A stretch of 64,000 nucleotides of DNA from Nemertoderma westbladi (taxonomy: Eukaryota > Animalia > Xenacoelomorpha): positions 1 through 64,000 of the forward strand of contig JAUCBJ010001560.1 of assembly GCA_032718475.1 (NCBI GenBank). The letters run 5' to 3'. The notes under the pieces were generated by a model. It saw only the letters and a program-made list of their open reading frames with translations. It had not been told where the DNA came from and did no database searches. Within the stretch, counting starts at the first letter, position 1, and every line of letters begins with the position of its first letter. The position numbers were made by a program, and so were the translations under genes. Positions 55,301 through 64,000 of the stretch are shown here, piece after piece.

Positions 55301-55859
55301 ATTTATTTTAGAAGATATATTAATTCGCCGGGATGGCATTTACTTAACTTTTGTTTAGGACGGATCCGATACTTTATAAAGCTTCATTTCTATTTATTAA
55401 AATTATAGATAAAACTCAATAGGATAACTGTTGGTCTACGTATGATATATTTCGCAAATATTATTTTATTATAAATCTTAATGATACAATACAAAGATTA
55501 AATAACTCACCATTACCAATAAATTACACTAGCTAAAAAACTTGCTCCAACATTTCTCAGAGTAAATAATATGTGACTATACTGTGACTGTTATTTATAA
55601 TATGTGACTATAATGTGACTGTGACTACTGTACGTGTGTAACAAATAATGCACTGACTGTATAGTTTAGAGTTAACTAATAAATGAACTCCTAACTAAAA
55701 CAATTAAATTGACAATTATATATATCACTTTTAGCTTCGTTTAATGGCGCGTTATTTAAAACTATATTTCATGTAAAAAAAAATTAAATTATAGCAAACT
55801 TTCATGCACGATCACCTAATTATATAATAATTATAAGTTAAATTGTAGCTCCTTTTCAG

Positions 55860-56970
55860 CTTGAATAAATTGCTAAATTACCAAAGTCCATTTTTAAAAT
55901 TAGGCAACAGCTTATTTTTGGCCATAACTTCGCGAGTTTTGATCGTTGGGGGGTGTATATGATTTTATTATGTTTTCTCAACCAAAAACGTTGTGAAAAA
56001 ACACTATTTTTAAAAATTGTGTTTCAACATTCGACATTTTGCACTCTAATAGAGCAATAATTGGTGGTTTTAAAAATATATGGGTTTAGATGTTTTGATT
56101 TAGCGGCATCGCAATAATAAGTCTCAAATTCATCCTAATCGTTGTTTTTCTTAAATTTATCGGAATCGTGTAAATATACAACTCAGTTAAAATCGTTAAA
56201 TAAACGAATTGCCTTTCAACAATATGGTTAGATATGGTGGAAAGTTTCCATAGCAACAGACAAACTACAGAATTAATTGTTGATCTGCCTCTTAGGTTGC
56301 ATTGTTTTGGGATGTTTGAACGAACATAGAGTAGATAAAGATACCGGACAGTTGTAAATAGTAATAATACTGTGGCTGTAAAGGAACTAAATGCCAAGTT
56401 ATTAAAATAACGCGATAAGAAAACGAAAAAAACTTTTTGTAATAATATCTGTTAACGCACTCATTATAATGACGTCGATAAAAAAGTATCTCCAACCATA
56501 ATTGGCCCGTCTGCTGCCACTAATGCAATAGGTTTCCTTGGAAATGTTGAAAATAAATATCTGTTATAATTATACAACGTCTTACTAAATAAATATTAAA
56601 CAATTCATTCCTATATAATAATTACAGAAAAACAACGAATTTTATACACTTTAGACGTAATTATTGCAATGCTGCGAAATAAAAACTCTTAAACCAATAT
56701 ATTTTTGAAATCAGCAATTACTGATCTATTGGAGTGCAAAATCGCGAATGTTGGAACACAATTTTTAAAAAGATGCATTTTTTGACAGCGTTTTTTAATG
56801 AGAAAACATAATAAAATCCTAAAATTTGAAATGGATTTGAATAAAATGGTTATTATTCCGAACAGAATGATCCCAAAGTCACCTCACTATACGATTAAAA
56901 CTCGCGAAGTTATGGCAAAAAATAAGCTGCTGCCTAATTTTAAAAAATGGTCTTTAAATTTAAATTGCCA
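55860..56970. mobile_element. Foldback/MITE-like element with several hundred bp of imperfect inverted arms; ends unresolved
   Basis: 55885-55946 is the inverse of 56891-56955; 56026-56128 is the inverse of 56650-56752. Confidence 0.6.
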
Positions 56971-57407
56971 TTTAACTTTTGCACATAAAAATAAAAGTCT
57001 AAACAATACCTCAGTTCATTCAATAATATTTTAAACGACCACGAAATGTTTCTAAATATGCGCGCTTTGTCGAGGTTAGCACAAAATTGTTAAGAAAATG
57101 CTATATAAATAAATATTATCTCGTAGATATGATTAAATAGCATATTCTATGTAGAATAATATAGGCCTGGAGTAAACAGTTTTAAACTAAATTATTATAC
57201 ACCAATTAAAAATTAAGAACCATAAAGGAAAATTAAGTCCCTTTACTTGTTGGAATTAAGATTGATATGCAAAGTGCTATGTGAATAATTTTGGAAATAA
57301 ACTACTGTAGGTTGGAAGTTATTCTACAAACATCAAGTAGGCCTATATATGTATAACATCACAATAATATCAAACTTCCAAAATTATTCACAGGTATGGC
57401 TATGATG

Positions 57408-57958
57408 TTATGAATCCCAGTTAGGCAATCCGGCCAAAGCGTTGTTGCTATGGTGAATGTGGGTGGAAGTAGGGTAACTGTTTGGCGACAGCAAACAACT
57501 GCTATCCATCTCCTGACAGTCGATGCCTAATTCATCGGAACCAATGGCCAAACGCTCATACTCAATGCCCATCTCCGGGGACTCTATAAATCCTTGATAA
57601 TCAATACCTAAATCCTGCGAGTCATTGCCTAACTCCTGCGACCCATTGCCTAACTCCTGCGACCCATTGCCTAACTCCTGCGACCCATTGACTAACTCAT
57701 GCGACCCATTGACTATCTCCTGCGACCCATTGACTATCTCCTGAGAGCTGCCTGCGCATATGTCGCTGCTCCGCCAGACATCCAGATCGAAGTTTGTATT
57801 ATAGCCAAAATCGGATTGGCTATGATCAGAACAGTAATTCGAGGATATATTAGAGTAAACCTTGGCGTCGCCATTCTGTAATTTGGCGAAACATGGGTCC
57901 TCTACAGGTAAACAGTTTGATAAGCTCATTCTTGGTTCGATTTCAAATGTTAAATCAT
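57408..57958 (-). CDS. Terminal coding exon of an unknown gene; acidic, with 21-bp SQELGNG repeats
   Basis: Acceptor ttgcag at 57959-57964; phase 1 gives in-frame D-DLTFEIEPR-MSLSNC when joined to the exon ending at 58986. Confidence 0.6.
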
Positions 57959-58985
57959 CTGCAACATTAAGTTAAATAGTTATGTTGGGTAGGGCCTATG
58001 ATTCCTTTTCGAGTTAAGTCAATTTTAATCGAATGCCCATAACTAATAATAAATATAATATTGGTACTCCAACACCATGGATGTAAACGCTCCACCGACA
58101 ATCACAAATCTGAAACTGTAAACTGTGCTCTTGAATTTCGTGTTTTGGATAGAAAAGCTTTCCAGTGTAACCTGAACCTGTACTTCTAGTGATAATAAAC
58201 ATAAAGTAGCATTAATAATGGTCCTCGGATTTGGATGTGAGTTGTCGGCTTAGTGTTTACTTCACTCGCTCTCCATCCAGGTTACGGGTACGCAGTCAAA
58301 TTGTACATACTTGTGTCTTAGTTAGTTCTGATGGTTTTCAAGGAAAAAATTTAAATATCCCGGTTATTTTATTAAAAATTTTATAATTTTCAGTCTAAAT
58401 GCTACTCCTCTCGTTATTTTTTAATCAAATTATTTGAAATTTACCCAAAAAATTTAAAAAAAAAGTAAAAAATTAGTGAAAGAAAGTAAAACTAATTTTC
58501 TACTTTTTTTTTAATATGATATGAAACAAAGTTAGATGAATTCACTAAGGTTTACAAAAATTAGCGAGAAAAGGGGATTTTTCAAATAAAATTAAACCTT
58601 CCCGCAAAATTGATAGTCTCAATCTGACTGTCAATATGTAATAATTATGAATTTTAGTTACAGTGAGTTTTCGTGGTCGGTGATTTCATTCCGATGTCAG
58701 ATTGAGAAAATCTAGTCCGTCTATCTTCCAGGAACCACATTTATTCGGTAACATAATGTTAATTTGATTGCAATGAAAACATGTGATAGTAAAATCGTTA
58801 CAACTCCAAAAGTAAACATGATGGGAAGTACAGTAATACTTACCGTACATATTATTATTCGCCATTAAATTCTGCAAAAAATCTAACAACAAGGGTTTTT
58901 TTGGCATATAAAAGGTAACACCCCCCCCCCCCCCCCCCTCAATAATTTATTTGTGTATTACATAAATCATAAACCAATAACTCAC

Positions 58986-59703
58986 CAGGTACAGTTTCAA
59001 GATAAGAATTCCTCAAATTTGCTGTTGCCATGTCAGTTTCAAAGAACTGTCTATCCACACTACCCATGCCAGCAGTACCGTTCCACTGACAACCTTTAGC
59101 ACTTTCATTCCTGTCTTCCCTGTCTTCCCAGGGCCGTGTTACATTCGCACCCGGTGCGACAACTTTTCTATCTTGTTTTGCACCGCTGTTGTTTTGACCC
59201 AATTTCACAAGTTGTTTCGCCACCCCATCACATCCAATCTGTTTAATCCTACAGAGGTTTTGGCCACGTCGAGTAGCGCTTACATTTAGTTTCGTGTCGC
59301 TATCTATACGATCCCTTTTCGCCATAACGTCTTTCTCAAACAGCTTAACGCTGTTGTAATTTCGATCAGTTTCAGGCACGACATATTTTCGACTCAGTTT
59401 TCCGCCGTAGTCATTTGGTTTCAGTTTCGCCTTGCTTTGATTCAGTTTCGACCATTTGCAATTTCGAGCCAGATCAGTCTCATCCTCGCTGACACTTAGT
59501 TTCCCCACGGTGAGATTTCTACCCAATCTAGACTTGTCAACGCTTCGACCAAATTTCTTAATATTTTCAGTATTACCGGAACTAGGTAAGACGTTATCGG
59601 TCCCATCGTATTTCCTAACGGGCGCGCCAATGTCGAAAGATTGCCGGAAGACAACCCTCTTGGAACGCTGCGCCAGATCTGGCGATGTAGATTTTGAGCG
59701 GTT
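58986..59703 (-). CDS. Internal coding exon of an unknown gene (basic, low complexity), possibly the C-terminal region of the bHLH gene
   Basis: Acceptor atcgcag, 239 uninterrupted codons (NRSKSTSPDL...LETVP), donor G/GTGAGT at 58985. Confidence 0.6.
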
Positions 59704-60199
59704 CTGCGATAATTAAATTAAAAGTATCGATACAAAATACGGAATTATGTACTACGAATGTGGGTAAATCTTATAAATATATTGGCCTGTTTCGTGCTAA
59801 TTACTAGTTTACACAAAGGATGATTTACGTTCGATTCATGCCTATAAGAGAGGGAATTGATTCAATGCTTTCGAAACCAACTGGACTGACAACTCATTCG
59901 AATTTGTTATTATTTATCAATCATAATTATTCATCAATGCGGCTGCTCAGTTCAGCACATAGTTAGGTTAGACAATAGCTCGCTCTATACCATGCTCTAT
60001 ACCATGCTTTATACCATGCTTTATTATACCTGTCTATATCTGTAGAACACCAAACCCTATTCTTAGCAGAGCTCAGGACTCCCAAGATAATTATATCCAA
60101 CAGTGGTGGTCACTAGTGAGTTCTTCTCCCAAATCGCTGCTCTACGTTAAGTATTTGTTCCAGGAGGAATCCTACCTGAATGTTCTACACAGGTACCCC

Positions 60200-60400
60200 A
60201 GACTCTGTCGGTCGCTTGCGAGATTACTTACATAATCTCACTCCGTAATGATCGAGCAAGAAACATGGAATAGCACACCCCGTAATGAACGTTATTGCCC
60301 TGTCTGTATGTTTGCGGTCATTGAGGATGAATATCACTTTTTGCTAAAAGGCCCAGTCTATCAGGATCTCAGAGTAATTCATTTGTCTTCTCGTTACCAC
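60200..60400 (+). pseudogene. Non-LTR retrotransposon ORF2 C-terminal remnant (RTEX-like zinc knuckle)
   Basis: WNSTPRNERYCPVC..AVIEDEYHFLLKGPVYQDLR. Confidence 0.7.
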
Positions 60401-62279
60401 GGTATTTAGTGCAATGCAGTCAGTGAATCCACCCATGTTCCGGCTGCTAATCTAACTTCAATTTTAAACTATTTTGATATTATTAAATATATTATTAAAA
60501 CTATTAATGATATTCAAATTGTTAATCAATCCATAATTTTATGTTTAAATTACTTATTAAATTAAATTAATAATTCAGTAATTATGTCATTTTTTCATTT
60601 TTTCATTTTTTTTTCATTTTAAAATAGCATCCGGCCATGGTGGTAGGGTTCCGGGACCACGTACATAGGTTCTACACGTACAGTAGTTGATTGTTGTGAC
60701 AGTATAAAGATGGTGTCTTCGTATCGGTACCAGAACTGTACAATTCCTGTTTCTCCTTAAAATACATACTGTTTTGACGTCTTGGCGATATGATTAACTA
60801 CGGTATATAGGCTGACCGGTGTATCGGTACCGTATACAGGTAATCAGTGTTGAAGTGAAAGTTATTGGTGGTGGTAGACCCCTAGTACTAAGTACAGGAC
60901 TTATTCATTACGCCCCAATGTAATATATAATAATTTCATGTGAACAGACTAGATTATATCTAAAATTACAGATTGATAATGAAAGATTTTGATTCCAAAA
61001 TTGTAACATTACTCAACGCCGTTAGTATTAAGAGCGAGTTGTTATTTAGCACTTTACAACAACTACATTAGTGTTGTATTGGCCTGCACATTTAGTATTG
61101 GTGTTGTAATATCCTTTGTTTGTGGTAACCAATGACGGTGAACTGTAAAGTTACGGCGTCATTGGTTACCACGTAAACAATAGGTGGTATTTAATATTAA
61201 TTGCCTGACAGCAAGAAAGGCCTACAGTACAGCATTACCTACCGGTAGCTATTAATAACCAGCAGCTATAAACTATTAACATGGCTCCAAACGCCACCAT
61301 AAATATAAGCTAATTTATTTATAACATAATTTATGTCATTTTTATATTTATTTATACAGCAACTAATATAATTTGTGCAGTTTCTATCACTTATAATGTG
61401 TATGTACAATCATTTCGTAATGTTACAATTATTCGGAATAAAACTACATACATACTTGTTGCAAAGTACTTTACAGTGTTTTGATCCTCGTGGATTTATT
61501 ATCACTCACTCACTAACGTTCGTTCGTATAACAAAGCCACTCGGATCATCACACTGTAAAGTTCTACTTTACACACAAGTATGTAAATAGTTATATTTAC
61601 CGCGTTAACCTTTAGTACTGTATGCTAACATAGCTCAGTTAGCAAGGTGTCCTGCTTTCTCATTCTTCCTTGTCTATAAATTCTTGATGGCGGCTAGAAT
61701 ATAGGATTACCCAACACAAAAGTAACAGAAACAAATTAAATTAGCTGACTAACAGTTAGGTCGGTCGCGTGGTCTGGGGCCATATTAAATCTGCGTTTGC
61801 GCTTTTTAATCTTTAGCGACGTAATGTAATCGCCGTCACATGGAGCCGCAGTCGTTGACACTGATTCTAAATTCAATATAAAAATACCTTAATTGGACAT
61901 CTCATAAATGAAAATCACCAAAACATTAATCGTGACTTCCGTGGTGTCCTTTGGGCGAAATGGTCTGTGTGCTAAGACAGACTTTGTTCTGTACATATTA
62001 TGTATAGTAATAAGATAAAACTATATAAATACATTTACCATTAGGCCACCACAAACCGACAACAATCGAACAAATCGATAACAATGGTACAAGGTAACCC
62101 ATGTGGGTGTAAAATTCGGAGGGGTGGGTTTTCGAGCCAAGATTTAACAAAATATTTGTTTTTTATTTAATCTGAAGCAACATTTAATGAGCATTTCAAA
62201 TCTTAAACTGGCTTTGCAAAATCCCCTTTAGTTCACGAGTTTTCGCCTTCATTGTTCATCTCTCACATGTAGACCTTTT

Positions 62280-62898
62280 CAATGATACTGGGCCTATTTG
62301 GGTGACTAACCTGGTCCCAATGATACTGGGCCTATTTGGGTGACTAACCTGGTCCCAATGACACTGGGCCTATATGGGTGACTAACCTGGTCCCAGTGAT
62401 ACTGGGCCTATTTGGGTGACTAACCTGGTCCCAATGACACTGGGCCTATATGGGTGACTAACCTGGTCCCAGTGATACTGGGCCTATTTGGGTGACTAAC
62501 CTGGTCCCAATGATACTGGGCCTATTTGGGTGACTAACCTGGTCCCAATGACACTGGGCCTATATGGGTGACTAACCTGGTCCCAGTGATACTGGGCCTA
62601 TTTGGGTGACTAACCTGGTCCCAATGACACTGGGCCTATATGGGTGACTAACCTGGTCCCAGTGATACTGGGCCTATTTGGGTGACTAACCTGGTCCCAA
62701 TGATACTGGGCCTATTCGGGTGACTAACCTGGTCCCAATGATACTGGGCCTATTCGGGTGACTAACCTGGTCCCAATGATACTGGGCCTATTCGGGTGAC
62801 TAACCTGGTCCCAATGATACTGGGCCTATTCGAGTGACTAACCTGGTCCCAATGATACTGGGCCTATTTGGGTGACTAACCTGGTCCCAATGATACTG
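62280..62898. repeat. 38-bp minisatellite, ~16 units
   Basis: Unit aatgatactgggcctatttgggtgactaacctggtccc. Confidence 0.96.
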
Positions 62899-63038
62899 CA
62901 GGAATGGGTTGACGAATTGCATCCTGATACCTTTGGAGACTATACCAATCAGGTTGTTGAATGTTGCTAGCATTCAACAGCTCTTTCAAATCGTTAATGT
63001 AGATAATAGCAAGTCTGAGAGTCTCATATTTGCTTAAT
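62881..63038 (-). CDS. Exon of a group A bHLH transcription factor (loop-helix 2; atonal/Ptf1/Fer-like)
   Basis: RLSKYETLRLAIIYINDLKELL; acceptor tttacag at 63039-63045; candidate donor CAG/GTTAGT at 62880. The basic region and helix 1 are not in the window. Confidence 0.8.
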
Positions 63039-63266
63039 CTGTAAATGAATATATTACTATATAGGTACAGAATCACTGCTTAGTTAAACAGAATATTGCA
63101 TGTGCAGCATGCAGAATCGCTGTCAGGATTCAATGTTCATTTTGACAAATGAGGCATCAACATCGGGAACATTTTATTGCCAAAACCCAACGCTACCATG
63201 AACCCTCCAAGGACGGAATGTCATGCCCGTCATTGACATTTTTTTTTATTTGACATTTTTTTTTTA

Positions 63267-64000
63267 CTAGAAAGCCAGCAAGCTGGCTTTAAACGAACCT
63301 GCCCCTCAAACCAGTACCATGAGTGAGAGAAAATAAAAACACGATAATTGCCATCAACTCAACGATAGAAACACCAGCTTCTGGTACTCATGAGGGCCTA
63401 GTAAGCTACTACTATTTATTGAATGGATAGCCCAAACTGCAGAGAAGTATATTACTTGCCAAATTTATTACTATCTAACTCTAACCCAGACAGTAATCAA
63501 ACATAAACTGTAAGTTTGTATAATGTATTACTCCACCAGATGAATAGCTCTTCCCAGTGAATCCTATGACAACATCTATAAGGTTACTCACTGCTATGTT
63601 AGGTGGGAGGGAGTTGATAATAATGAATGAGGAGGGACCCAACTAACACTACGTTTGTCTATGGACGGTCTCCTTATAGCCAGCCAGTTTACTGGCTTTT
63701 CTAGTTGAATCATATTATTCCGCAACTAAATAATTTACCCTTTTAGACGAATTTGTGCGTTTTTTTGCCGGACTAACAAATTTTGGCGACGTTCTGTGCG
63801 AGATTGGCGATATTTGAAAAGATTCTGAGGCTCAAATATGTTGCTCAAATGACTGAATATCTCAAATAAAAAAAGTTGGTGCATACTCGACGAGTTGAAA
63901 TCGGTAAAATTCGACATTAAATTTTCAAAACCTGCTATTTTTCAGTGATCCCGTGATCGAAACGCCACAAAAAATATACAGTCTTGTGCGCAACAAAAAT
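63267..64000 (-). mobile_element. Helentron/Helitron2-like element, copy 2, cut by the window edge (in a bHLH intron)
   Basis: Colinear with 54347-55081; same terminal hairpin and CTAG; inserted next to a T-run. Confidence 0.8.

Overview
Eukaryotic, probably invertebrate metazoan, repeat-rich DNA. Positions 1 to ~14136 hold the right-hand part of a largely intact Polinton/Maverick (adintovirus-like) element. It encodes pPolB, packaging ATPase, integrase, two tandem penton genes, major capsid, adenain protease and core-like proteins, plus an unexpected TATA-binding-protein-like gene and a subterminal array of TATA/Inr-like repeats. Next to it (14612-20587, minus strand) is an intronless ALPK1-like alpha-kinase with a recognisable ligand-sensor N-terminal domain and a 20-aa acidic repeat tail. 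It is split by one of two near-identical 2.5-kb non-autonomous elements, whose terminal 28 nt recur in the Polinton repeats. Further right are a kinase-less single-exon citron-like gene, exons of a bHLH gene and of an unknown spliced gene, six satellite/minisatellite arrays, RTE-type LINE relics and several MITE/Helentron-type elements. There are also two minimal hammerhead ribozyme motifs, one fused to a tRNA-like Pol III head. All homology calls are by-eye motif recognition; no searches were run.
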